Shown one piece after another: positions 41,183-50,500 of a stretch of DNA of 64,000 nt (the stretch's first letter is position 1; each line of letters opens with the position of its first letter). The DNA comes from Treponema sp. Lineage in GTDB: Bacteria > Spirochaetota > Spirochaetia > Treponematales > Treponemataceae. Below the pieces are notes generated by a model that saw only the letters and a list, made by a program, of their open reading frames with translations, was not told where the DNA came from and made no database searches. The stretch is from the NCBI GenBank assembly GCA_045597415.1, contig JAZLKD010000006.1:4802-68801 (forward strand). The letters run 5' to 3'. The position numbers and the translations under genes are program-made.

Positions 41183-41986
41183 ATGAAAAAGTTTACAAAA
41201 CTTGCAGGGCTTGTGCTTTCAGCTATGCTTGCAATGGGATTTGCCGGTTGTTCTTCTGATTCTGACTCAGGTACACCTGCAGAAAAACCACCAGTAACTT
41301 CTTACATTGGCTCAAAAGCCCCGGATGCAGCTAAAGCTGTTGGTGACATCGTATTCAATGATGGAAGTAGCACACCTTACACAGCAGAGCTTACACTTAC
41401 AGATGCACAGAAAGCAGCCGCAATAGCTGTAATCTTTAAGGCTGAAGGCGGTAAAGTTTTAGGCGTTGGTTTAAAACATAACAGAAGTGGTCTTGCGTGG
41501 TGTACAAGTGGTGCAAAGGCGTACAGTACAAACATTACAACAATCCAGTGTCCTGCAAGCGGAAGTGCCGGTAACCTGACATTTACAGTTGATACAGACG
41601 GAAGTGACAATCTTGAACAGATTGCAGCTTTTTTAGGTAATGAAAACGACACAACAGGAGAGGGTGCTGAGGAAAGATACCCTGCCTTCTATTTTGCAAA
41701 AAATTATAGTACAACAGCAACAAATCTTGGAACTGAATATGCAAGCGGCTGGTATCTACCGACAATCGCAGAGCTCTTTGATGTATGGAAAGTAAAGGCA
41801 ACTGTTGATGCTGCAAGTAAGCTTTGTGGTGGAAGTGAGTTTGGTACAAGCTGGTACTGGTCGTCGTCCCAGTACGCTTCCTTCGATTATGTTGCATACA
41901 TCCTCGTTTTCAAGGATGGGGACTGGAGCAACTACTACAAGTACGACTACGATTTTTGCGTTTGTTGTATCCGGGCTTTCAACTAG
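41183..41986 (+). CDS. DGR target: lipoprotein with C-terminal C-type-lectin-like (DUF1566/Lcl-like) variable domain
   Basis: Lipoprotein signal MKKFTK...GFAG-C; WYLPTIAEL...YWSSSQ...VCCIRAF; VR at the extreme C-terminus. Confidence 0.9.
   Translation: MKKFTKLAGLVLSAMLAMGFAGCSSDSDSGTPAEKPPVTSYIGSKAPDAAKAVGDIVFNDGSSTPYTAELTLTDAQKAAAIAVIFKAEGGKVLGVGLKHNRSGLAWCTSGAKAYSTNITTIQCPASGSAGNLTFTVDTDGSDNLEQIAAFLGNENDTTGEGAEERYPAFYFAKNYSTTATNLGTEYASGWYLPTIAELFDVWKVKATVDAASKLCGGSEFGTSWYWSSSQYASFDYVAYILVFKDGDWSNYYKYDYDFCVCCIRAFN
41858..41977 (+). repeat. DGR variable repeat (VR)
   Basis: 23 differences from TR over 120 nt, 21 at TR adenines. Confidence 0.95.
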
Positions 41987-42023
41987 CGGAACGCAGTGGA
42001 GCGGATTTAACTATTTATCCATT

Positions 42024-42058
42024 CTGTTTGAAACGTCGCGAAGCGATGTTTCAAACAG
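42024..42058 (+). promoter_or_regulatory. DGR target-recognition hairpin/cruciform
   Basis: 16-bp stem CTGTTTGAAACGTCGC / GCGATGTTTCAAACAG (one G-T), GAA loop, 37 nt after the target stop. Confidence 0.8.
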
Positions 42059-42072
42059 GCAAATTTTTTACG

Positions 42073-42107
42073 GCCCTCAGCCAATGGCTTGAGGGCTTTT
42101 TTTATGC
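42073..42107 (+). terminator. Intrinsic terminator B1, duplicated at 42621-42655
   Basis: GCCCTCAGCCAATGGCTTGAGGGC-T7; 33/35 identical to the second copy. Confidence 0.8.
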
Positions 42108-42266
42108 GTTAGCTATTGTAGCAGTCCCGGCGTAGCCGTTGTTTGCGGCGGTGGTTGAGGCTCTCGAAACCACCAGAGCAAACAATGAAGCAAATGCGGA
42201 AGGCGGAACGTAGCTCCCCGAAGGGGAACGGCCTTTTTTTATGTGGACGAGTGCAAGAATTATAGT

Positions 42267-42295
42267 TTGACGATAAAAAGTAGTTATGATATATT
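42267..42295 (+). promoter_or_regulatory. Sigma-70 promoter for the putative antitoxin sRNA
   Basis: TTGACG-17 nt-TATATT with extended TG; no sizeable ORF before the terminator. Confidence 0.7.
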
Positions 42296-42301
42296 GAAGA
42301 A

Positions 42302-42407
42302 GAAGGAAATGGTACAACACAAGTGTTGTTAAAGCATTTGGTCATCTCCACGTTATTTTGCTAAAAGCCGTCCAACGTTTCTGAGGCACTGGGCGGCTTT
42401 ATTTTTT
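42302..42407 (+). ncRNA. Putative type I antitoxin sRNA, about 105 nt
   Basis: Promoter above; terminator AAAGCCGTCCA...TGGGCGGCTTT-ATTTTTT ends at the stop codon of the convergent peptide. Confidence 0.55.
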
Positions 42408-42507
42408 ACTCTTTCTTATCTTTAAGGTAAGCGAGTGTTCCTACAACTGCACAAACTACTGTTCCTATACAAGAAATTACAGCAACAATAAGTTCTGGAT
42501 TAGTCAT
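42406..42507 (-). CDS. 33-aa hydrophobic peptide, putative type I (holin-like) toxin
   Basis: MTNPELIVAVISCIGTVVCAVVGTLAYLKDKKE; one transmembrane helix plus charged tail; GGGAGG SD; below the ORF-track size cutoff. Confidence 0.7.
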   Translation of the reverse strand: MTNPELIVAVISCIGTVVCAVVGTLAYLKDKKE

Positions 42508-42559
42508 AGAAGCCTCCCTATAATCAAATTCCGGTTAGCCGGTTGAGTTTGGGAGACGG

Positions 42560-42617
42560 CCGCCTGTTCGGGCATTTCCAATGAGTTAATTATATACTAT
42601 ATTTTGTATAGTGTATA
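42560..42617. repeat. 58-bp direct repeat copy A2; minus strand holds the promoter for the peptide gene
   Basis: Matches 39128-39185; reverse complement has TATACA-17 nt-TATAAT. Confidence 0.9.
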
Positions 42618-42654
42618 CACGCTCTCAGCTAATGGCTTGAGGGCTTTTTTTATG

Positions 42655-43875
42655 CTATTGATTTATAATATCGCAGAGTTTTTCCAGTTCAGTCTGGTTG
42701 TATGGCTGCAAAAAGCTGTAGCCGGTTCTTCGTTCTGCGGGTACCTGGTTATAATCTTTGTAAATATTGCCTTTCCAGTCGCCGTACAGTGGCGTCAAAT
42801 CTGGTATGGAAAGAAATCTTGGGGTATATTTTGCTCCTTCCGGGGATGGTGTAAATATTCTTTCTTCTTTGATGTAAAGGCCATTTTCTTCGTGTGGTGC
42901 AACAGGTACTTTTTTTAATTCTCCAGTCACATAAAATTTTGTGTTTTTAAGGAAATCTGCGGCACTGGTTAATGCTTCTTTTATCTGAGGTGTCATTTCT
43001 GGTTCCTTCATCAAAACTCTGATGATTGGAATTGATTCTGCTACAGACAAGGCTGCAGGTTCAAAAGGTCGTGCTGAAATTGGTTCCAGTGTGTCAGGAT
43101 CGTAATTGTGAGCCCAGATTGTTTTTTTGCCGTCGATAACCACCTGTGTCCTTAACAGAATCTGGATTGCCTTGTCGTGGGCTTTCTGACACTGTTTTTT
43201 GTATTTTTTCTTTAATGGTGCATAAGTGTCATCGTGAAGAATATCCTGTAAAAATTCCAGAACACCGCTTGTAACGTTGTCGTTGTTGCAGATGCCGTAA
43301 ACGTCGCTTCCGCTCCAGCCTCCGCAAGGCAGCTGTACATCAAGAATCCACTTAAGGCCTTTGAAAGCACTTTCAAGATATTTTTTCTGCCCTGTCTGAT
43401 TGTACACTTTTGTCAGATAGCGGATGTGTGAATAAGTCATCTGATTGTCCAGAACTGAGCGGGGTTTTTCGATTTTATCTGAAATGCGTGTGCTTTTTTC
43501 TGTTTTGATTGAATCAAATTTTACAGGTTTAACTTTTGAAAGATATTCTGTAAGGCTGGCTTTGATTTGCGGTGTCATTTTAACAAGAATGTCCTGGTAG
43601 CTGACATTTTTGTAAACAGGATCTGATTTTGCAAAAGAAAGTCGACCGATTTTTCCCCAGCCGCCGTCAGGATTCTGAAAAGCAAGGAGATTGTCGGCAA
43701 TTTCCGTAACATCATTTTCTGTCCATCGCTCGTAGGGAGCCTGCTCATCTTTAAATTTTTTTAGTCCGTGGTGAATCAGGTCCTTAAAATCGTCAAGGGG
43801 AATTGGAGTAAGATTTGCCTGTGCAAAAAGCTGTAATGTAAAAAGTGAAAGTATTATCGATAAAAGTTTTTTCAT
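42655..43875 (-). CDS. Secreted pectate lyase, PL10 (PelA-type) family
   Basis: Signal MKKLLSIILSLFTLQLFA; QNPDGGWGK, LDNQMT, NNDNV, WAHNYD, SARPFEP. Confidence 0.75.
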   Translation of the reverse strand: MKKLLSIILSLFTLQLFAQANLTPIPLDDFKDLIHHGLKKFKDEQAPYERWTENDVTEIADNLLAFQNPDGGWGKIGRLSFAKSDPVYKNVSYQDILVKMTPQIKASLTEYLSKVKPVKFDSIKTEKSTRISDKIEKPRSVLDNQMTYSHIRYLTKVYNQTGQKKYLESAFKGLKWILDVQLPCGGWSGSDVYGICNNDNVTSGVLEFLQDILHDDTYAPLKKKYKKQCQKAHDKAIQILLRTQVVIDGKKTIWAHNYDPDTLEPISARPFEPAALSVAESIPIIRVLMKEPEMTPQIKEALTSAADFLKNTKFYVTGELKKVPVAPHEENGLYIKEERIFTPSPEGAKYTPRFLSIPDLTPLYGDWKGNIYKDYNQVPAERRTGYSFLQPYNQTELEKLCDIINQ

Positions 43876-43895
43876 ATTTTCAGTATAATGGAAAT

Positions 43896-44570
43896 ATGAA
43901 ATTTTGTATTTTGCTGCTGCTTCTGTTTTGTGGAAATCTGTTTGCCCAGGAGAAAATTGAAATGACTGAAGCTGAACGCCTTGAAAGTGAATTTTATGTT
44001 TGTGATATCGGTGATGAACTGTTTGAGAGGATGAAGGGAAAATCTTACAAGGATAACTGTACTCTTGGCCTTGATGAACTGCGGTACATTCATGTTCTGC
44101 ACTGGAATTTGAACGGCATTGAATGTGAAGGGGAACTTGTCTGTAATGCAAAAATTGCAGATAAACTGATTTTGATTTTCATGGAATTGTATCAGGCCGG
44201 CTATCAGATTGAAAAAATCCGTCTCGTTGATGAATATGATGCTGACGATGAGCGAAGCATGGCAGACAACAATTCCAGCTGTTTTAATTTCAGGTTTATA
44301 AGTCACACAAATATTGTTTCAAAACACGGAGCAGGTCTGGCTGTAGATATAAACCCTCTTTACAACCCGTATGTCAAAACTGTTAACGGAAGGATGAATA
44401 TTGAACCTGCCAGTGCTGCTTGTTATGTTGACAGGTCAAAGGATTTTCCATGCAAAATTGACCATAATGATCTGGCATATAAAGTTTTTACAAAATACGG
44501 TTTTGAATGGGGCGGGGACTGGACTGCCAGCAAAGACTGGCAGCACTTTGAAATTGATATTCAGGATTAA
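43896..44570 (+). CDS. M15-family zinc peptidoglycan peptidase
   Basis: Signal peptide; NNSSCFNFR, SKHGAGLAVDINP, WGGDW..KDWQHFE. Confidence 0.88.
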   Translation: MKFCILLLLLFCGNLFAQEKIEMTEAERLESEFYVCDIGDELFERMKGKSYKDNCTLGLDELRYIHVLHWNLNGIECEGELVCNAKIADKLILIFMELYQAGYQIEKIRLVDEYDADDERSMADNNSSCFNFRFISHTNIVSKHGAGLAVDINPLYNPYVKTVNGRMNIEPASAACYVDRSKDFPCKIDHNDLAYKVFTKYGFEWGGDWTASKDWQHFEIDIQD

Positions 44571-44810
44571 TTATACTCTGGCCTGGATGCCGTCAAGCTG
44601 ACCTTCGTATGGTGTATTCTTAAGTTTAAAAATCAGGTCTCCCTGCTCGTTGTTGCCGATGACAAGGTTTGTTTTGACCCATTCACCTGATGGAAGGGCA
44701 ACTTCAAATTCATCGCCAAATTCCAGGGAAGCGAGGGGACTAAAATCTTCCGGGTTTGTTATCCAGAACTTGCCCGAATTTACATCAAATGTTAACTGTC
44801 CTTCTTTCAT
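44571..44810 (-). CDS. Small hypothetical protein
   Basis: 79 aa with GAGGTG SD. Confidence 0.65.
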   Translation of the reverse strand: MKEGQLTFDVNSGKFWITNPEDFSPLASLEFGDEFEVALPSGEWVKTNLVIGNNEQGDLIFKLKNTPYEGQLDGIQARV

Positions 44811-44984
44811 GCGGCACCTCTTTATTTGTGTTTTTCTTCTATAAATATAATGAATTTTTTACAGAAAGGGAAATGCAGGCGGCCATGCCCAGAGCTAAAA
44901 AATATCTTGAACAATTTTTACATCTTGTATAATATAAAGAAAAACAAAATGACAAATTATGTGATTTTGTCATAATAAAATTAT

Positions 44985-45090
44985 TGCGCTAAGGATTGCA
45001 GGAGCGGCGAAGCCGTTGCAGGGAGCGAAGCTGCCTGTAATGGAGCGAAAGCGGAACTCCGGAAAGCCTGACCCGAAGGGGAGCGCCCGT
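44985..45090 (+). repeat. Flavo-1/REP-like palindromic element upstream of fabF
   Basis: GCGCTAAGGATTGCAG...CGGCGAAGCCG...CGGAAAGCCTGACCCGAAGGGGAGCGCCC. Confidence 0.55.
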
Positions 45091-45107
45091 TTTTTAAGGA
45101 GAAAAAA

Positions 45108-46352
45108 ATGAGAAGAGTTGTTGTTACAGGTCTCGGTTGTGTTTCACCAGTTGGAAATTCTGTAGAAGAAACTTGGGCTTCAATCAAAGCCGGAAAAAGT
45201 GGAATTGCAAACATTACTCACTACGATACAACTAACATGAAAGTTAAGTATGGTGCTGAAGTTAAGGACTTTGACCCTTCTAAATACATGGACTCGGGTG
45301 CTGCACGCAAAATGGCTCTTTACTGCAAATACGCTGTTGCTGCTGCAAAAATGGCTCTTGATGACTCAAACCTCACAGGCAATGCTGAAGTTCTTGAAAA
45401 TACTGCCGTTTACCTCGGTGTTGGTATTGGTGGTCTTGAAGTTACTCAGCGCTCAATGATTGAATATGTAAAATCAAACGAAACACGCATGAACCCTATG
45501 ACTATCCCTTTACTTATTCCAAACGAAGGTGCAGGTCAGATTGCCATGCTTTTTGGTCTTCACGGTGCTACTCACACTGTTGCTACTGCATGTGCTTCAG
45601 GAACAGATGCTATTGGTGATGCTCTCGATATTATCCGCTCTGGCCGCTACGATGTAGTTCTTGCCGGTGGTTCTGAAAGTGCTCACTGTGGTTTTGGTTC
45701 CCTCGGTTTCTCTCTCCTCCACGCTCTTTCTTCTAAATGGACTGACGATCCTTCTAAAGCTTGCCGTCCTTTTGACAAAGACCGTGACGGTTTTATTATG
45801 GGTGAAGGTTCTTCTATCCTTGTTCTTGAAGAATATGAACATGCTAAGGCTCGTGGTGCTAAAATCTATGCTGAACTTGCAGGTTATGGTTCTTCTTCGG
45901 ACGGTTATCACCTTACAGCTCCAAATCCTGATGGTGTTTGTGGTGCAAAAGCTATGACTATTGCCATGAAAGACGCAGGTGTTACTCCTTCTGAAGTTAC
46001 TTACTACAACGCTCACGGTACATCTACACACCTTAACGATTCTGGTGAAACAAAAATGCTCCATATCGCTTTTGGTGAAGATGCTAAAAAACTCCACATT
46101 TCTTCTACAAAATCTATGACAGGTCACTGTCTTGGTAACGCAGGTTCTCTCGAAGCCCTTATCTGTTGTAAGGCTATTGAAGATTCTTATATTCCTGCTA
46201 CCATCAACCTTGACAATCCTGATGTTGAAGGCGGATGTGATCTTGATTACACACCAAACAAGGGTATTGATATGAGCGTTGATGTTGCCATGTCTGGAAA
46301 CTTCGGTTTTGGCGGACACAACGGTATCCTCGTATTCAAAAAGGTTAAATAA
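45108..46352 (+). CDS. fabF: 3-oxoacyl-ACP synthase II
   Basis: RRVVVTGLG, TACASG, NAHGTST, KSMTGH, FGFGGHN. Confidence 0.95.
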   Translation: MRRVVVTGLGCVSPVGNSVEETWASIKAGKSGIANITHYDTTNMKVKYGAEVKDFDPSKYMDSGAARKMALYCKYAVAAAKMALDDSNLTGNAEVLENTAVYLGVGIGGLEVTQRSMIEYVKSNETRMNPMTIPLLIPNEGAGQIAMLFGLHGATHTVATACASGTDAIGDALDIIRSGRYDVVLAGGSESAHCGFGSLGFSLLHALSSKWTDDPSKACRPFDKDRDGFIMGEGSSILVLEEYEHAKARGAKIYAELAGYGSSSDGYHLTAPNPDGVCGAKAMTIAMKDAGVTPSEVTYYNAHGTSTHLNDSGETKMLHIAFGEDAKKLHISSTKSMTGHCLGNAGSLEALICCKAIEDSYIPATINLDNPDVEGGCDLDYTPNKGIDMSVDVAMSGNFGFGGHNGILVFKKVK

Positions 46353-46412
46353 ATTTTTTTGTCTGGATTTATGCAGCCTTAAAGCTGACAATTTTTGTAA
46401 CTGGAGATTATT

Positions 46413-46844
46413 ATGGAAAAATTTACTGATATCGAATCACTTTTGCCACACCGCAAACCTTTTTTGTTTGTAGATTCTATTGATTCTTATGATGAAAATG
46501 GATGTGTTTGTTCACGTACTTTTACAGATGAAGATTTCTTCTTTAAAGGACATTTTCCTGAATATCCTGTTGTTCCAGGTGTAATTCTTGTTGAAACAAT
46601 GGCTCAGGGTGGTGGTGCAGCTCTTTCTTTGCAGAAAAAATTTGACGAAGGAAGTCTCTTTTTCCTCGCAACTGTTAACAACGTAAAATTCAAGCACCAG
46701 GTACGCCCGGGCGACACCGTAAGAATGGAAGTAGTAAACAAACGCTGCACCAAAAACATGGTAGTCCAGGAAGGCAAAGCCTACGTAGGAGAAACACTTT
46801 GCGCTCAGGCAGAATGGATGTGCTTGGTTGGGAAAGGCAACTAA
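46413..46844 (+). CDS. fabZ: 3-hydroxyacyl-ACP dehydratase
   Basis: LPHRKPFLFVD, FKGHFPEYPVVPGVILVETMAQ. Confidence 0.95.
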   Translation: MEKFTDIESLLPHRKPFLFVDSIDSYDENGCVCSRTFTDEDFFFKGHFPEYPVVPGVILVETMAQGGGAALSLQKKFDEGSLFFLATVNNVKFKHQVRPGDTVRMEVVNKRCTKNMVVQEGKAYVGETLCAQAEWMCLVGKGN

Positions 46845-46975
46845 GAGCAATAAATGAAATTTTGAGCGCACAATCGATGGCAAATGTAGTGCAAACTGGA
46901 GCCTGAAATTGTGCGGCTGAGTGGACACACAGCCTGCCGAAGGCGGGCACGTAAATAAGATACTACTATGGGTAA

Positions 46976-47002
46976 GGCGGTGCGGAAGCACCGCTTTTTT
47001 TT
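46976..47002 (+). terminator. Intrinsic terminator after fabZ
   Basis: GCGGTGC-GGAA-GCACCGC-T8. Confidence 0.75.
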
Positions 47003-47057
47003 ACCGCGGGCGCACAAAAAATTTTACCTTTTTTTTACTTCGGGGTATAATTTTTAT

Positions 47058-47378
47058 ATGGTTGATTTAAGTCTTATCTGCAGAAAAATCTACAATGGTG
47101 CATATCTTGTTGCAGGAAAAAATTTTGATGGTTCTCCTGTGGCTTATATACATATTAAGGCAGGTTCAAAACTTCCTTTCAGTACGGCCGATCTCATTAA
47201 GGTTTTCGATAAATTAAAGTGGGATACTCCCTTGAGCACTGCTGATCTCGAAGTTACTTCTGATGATAATGTTCCTGACAATGAATTAATCATTACTGGT
47301 GTTGAAAAATTTATTGATGATTCCGGAAAAGCTGCAGTTTATCCTGTTTCTGACGATGACGCAGTTATTAAGTTCTGA
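47058..47378 (+). CDS. Hypothetical protein, about 106 aa
   Basis: ATG 6 nt after TATAAT; host-like codon usage. Confidence 0.65.
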   Translation: MVDLSLICRKIYNGAYLVAGKNFDGSPVAYIHIKAGSKLPFSTADLIKVFDKLKWDTPLSTADLEVTSDDNVPDNELIITGVEKFIDDSGKAAVYPVSDDDAVIKF

Positions 47379-47561
47379 TCTCTGGTTTTTATACATATAG
47401 CCATATTTTTCTATTAACATGTTATATTTTTTCTCCGATAATATAAAAGTATAAATGTCCTCAAAAAGACATTTATTTTAGTATCTTATGCCCTGGAGTT
47501 TTTTACGAAAAAAATTCAACAGTTTGGACAGTTTATTTATTCTCATTTAAGACATGGTTTA

Positions 47562-50500
47562 TTGAAACTTTTGTCTGTCCTGCTGTTTCTTGGCGGAACG
47601 TCCGTATATTCTGATACTTATTACTGGGTTGGAAGCGGTGTTTCTCCTGCCTGGAATAATGGTGCAAACTGGTCTTTGACTTCCGGCGGGGCAGGGGGAG
47701 CTGGTGTTCCTGGTCTGACTGATGAAGTCTGGATTTCAAGTGATATCTGGTTAACTGGTGATGTTTCGGTAAAAACTGTGTACATTCAGGGAACAGTTAA
47801 TTTAAATCTGAATGGATATAACCTTGATGTGACTTCCAATGGTGCTTACAATTATGCAAATCTGAACTCTGAATATTTTGCAGGAGCAATTCACCTTGGA
47901 CGCGATGGTACTGCCGGAAATCTGACACTTTCCGGAACAGGAAAACTTAATGTTGAAATTTTCGACGAAGAAGAGGCTGCTTTAAATTCCCTGTCAATCG
48001 GTGAGAATGCAACTGTAACTGTATCAGGTCATATGTGGACTGATGCAAATACTGCTGCTTACGGCGTTAATCTCTCTGGAACCGGTAAATTTGTAATGGC
48101 TGCAGGAAGTCATATTGCTTCTGGCAGCGGCGGTTATTATGGTTTTAAAATTGATTCTGGAGTTCAGGTTGTTGATCCGGACAATCTCCTTTCACTCTGC
48201 GAATGGCTGGGTGGTACTGATTCTGACTGGAATAAAGGATCAAACTGGCGGTATAAACATGTACCAAAGGCTGGTGACGACGTTATTATTTTAAATGTTC
48301 CAAATAAGCCTGTGATTTCTGGTGCTGCAGTTTCTATCGGTAAGCTGACTGTAAATACAGGAGCTACAGTTTCTTTTGCTGAAAGCCTGACAATTACAGA
48401 CTTTGAAGGGACTGGTACACTTATCAATACAAATACAACCGGTACACAAAAAAGACTTGTGGTTAATTCCACATCTGATGTAACTATTCCGTATGTAGAA
48501 TCACACCCTGGAACTCAGAATATCGCTGTTGAAAACAGAAATCATTCAACTGTACTGACTATCAATAGTTTTATGTCTAACAACGAGGTAGAACTGTATC
48601 TGTACGGAAATATAAATTTTAGCACCAGTGCTATTGTAAAAAGTTTTTATGTTTCAGACGGAACTGTCACTGTTGATTCTTCCATTACTGTTACCGGTGA
48701 CCTGACAACTTCCGGTACTGGTGGAAACCTTGTTCTCTCAGGTTCTTCTGCACCAGTTACAATTGGCGGTAATCTCTTAAATTATTATTCAATCGACCTT
48801 AACGGAAACGATGTAACATTTACTGGTACAAGTCCTGTTGTTGAAGGAAATGTTGATTTTGGCAATCTGGATGCAACTGCGTGTACAAACCTCACATTTA
48901 ACGGAAAAGTAAAGGTTGCAGGAAATTTTGTTTCAGCTTCTACAAAAACAGTCTTTAAAAGTGATGCTGATTTTTCTTCTGCAACAGGATACACAGGACG
49001 CGGTTTTACTGACTTCTTTAATACAAGGGCAGGTTCTTCGCCTATTGAATTTAAAACATTCAGCGGCATGGATCTGGGAACTTTTTATTTTGGCGGAAAT
49101 ACTGACGTTGTAATTAATGGTGCTGTAACTGCCTATCAGTATAGAATTCCTGATAATGGTCACGGCTACAATATGACTCAGACTTTTGAAGCCAGAACCT
49201 TAAGTGGAAGCGGAACTCCAAAGCTCACTATAACAAACTTTTTTGACATCGGGCGTTCTTCTTCAAGTGCTGCAGTAACTGGAAAATGTATCATCGATTG
49301 TGATGTGGACTATACAAGCAAAACTTCAGGACAGGTTCATGTTGGTTCAAATCTTATAATCAAGGCAGGAAAGACATTTGATGCACGTCCTGAACGAATT
49401 GTCGGAACTTCCGGAACTGCAAATCCTCATCCTCTCATTGAAGTATACGGAAATCTTATTACTGGCAAATCTTTTGACCTTGCACAGAACAACAACAATC
49501 CAAGCTGTACACGACTCATTGTTTATTCTGGTGGAACTGTAACAGCTCAGAAAATCGAATGGAGCAGTACGAAGGCAAATTATTTTGATACTGCAGATCC
49601 TCTTACTGTTGAAAATGGCGGCACAATTGAAGTTACTGACGGTATTGATGTAATCAGAACTTCAAACGCAGCAGGAACTCCTGAACTTGCCTGTGTGAAC
49701 AACGGTACAATTAAGGTTACAGGGGCAGGAACAGTAGCTGCTTCATATTTTACCGGAAACGGAACCATTGAATTTGCTGATGTTGCAACACTGGATTCTG
49801 TAAGCACAACAAAAACAAGCAGTCAGCAGGAAATTATCTGTGGAGATTCAGTAACAGTAAAAGGTGCATGGAATCTTACAGATTTTACTGCCACTGGTCT
49901 TGGAGGAAAAACAATTACTCTTGACGGTTCAACTGTCGGTGTAAGCGGAACTCTTTCTCTCAGCGGCTCATCAGATTCTTCTCTTTTAAAAATTGCCGGA
50001 GCTGCTGCAACCGATGGTTTTGTTCTTTCGGCTGATCAGTCTGGAAACGGAGCTTTTCTTTCGATTGATGATAAAACAGGTATTTTTGACAGTACTGGTG
50101 TTGTACGGGGTCATACATACGAGGCAACTGATTCTGTTCCAGAAGCCGGTACTGGTGATGATGAATATCTTGCCGTAATGAGAAACGGGTGGAACATTAA
50201 GGCTTTAAGAGACTTCCATTATGTATGGACAGGAACTGCTTCAACGGAGTGGAATGAGCCTCTCAACTGGAATACAGGTATTGTTCCTGTTGAAGAATGT
50301 TCAGTAGAAATTCCTGATGCTGTTGCGTCCGGAAACTGGCCTGTACTCACCTCCCTAGATGGAGAAATCAGTATTGGAAATCTTTCTGCAGGAACTTCAG
50401 CTGGGGATGCAAAGATTACTCTTGCTGAAAATGATATTGTTCTGGCTGATTCAATTTCTGCTCCGTTTTTGAATGTGTTTGGATCTGTGATTTATACTGA

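Noticed and set aside
43876-44151. N-terminal extension of the 498-aa minus-strand ORF
   Set aside because: Overlaps the M15 peptidase gene; the signal peptide begins at ATG 43875
45597-46391. Long antisense ORFs (264 aa opposite fabF, 206 aa opposite fabD, and others)
   Set aside because: Shadow frames of strongly codon-biased genes with no motifs or start signals
47488-47562. Phase variation of the giant gene through T6/A7 tracts after an out-of-frame ATG
   Set aside because: Tracts are short for an AT-rich genome, and the TTG start already gives a plausible signal peptide
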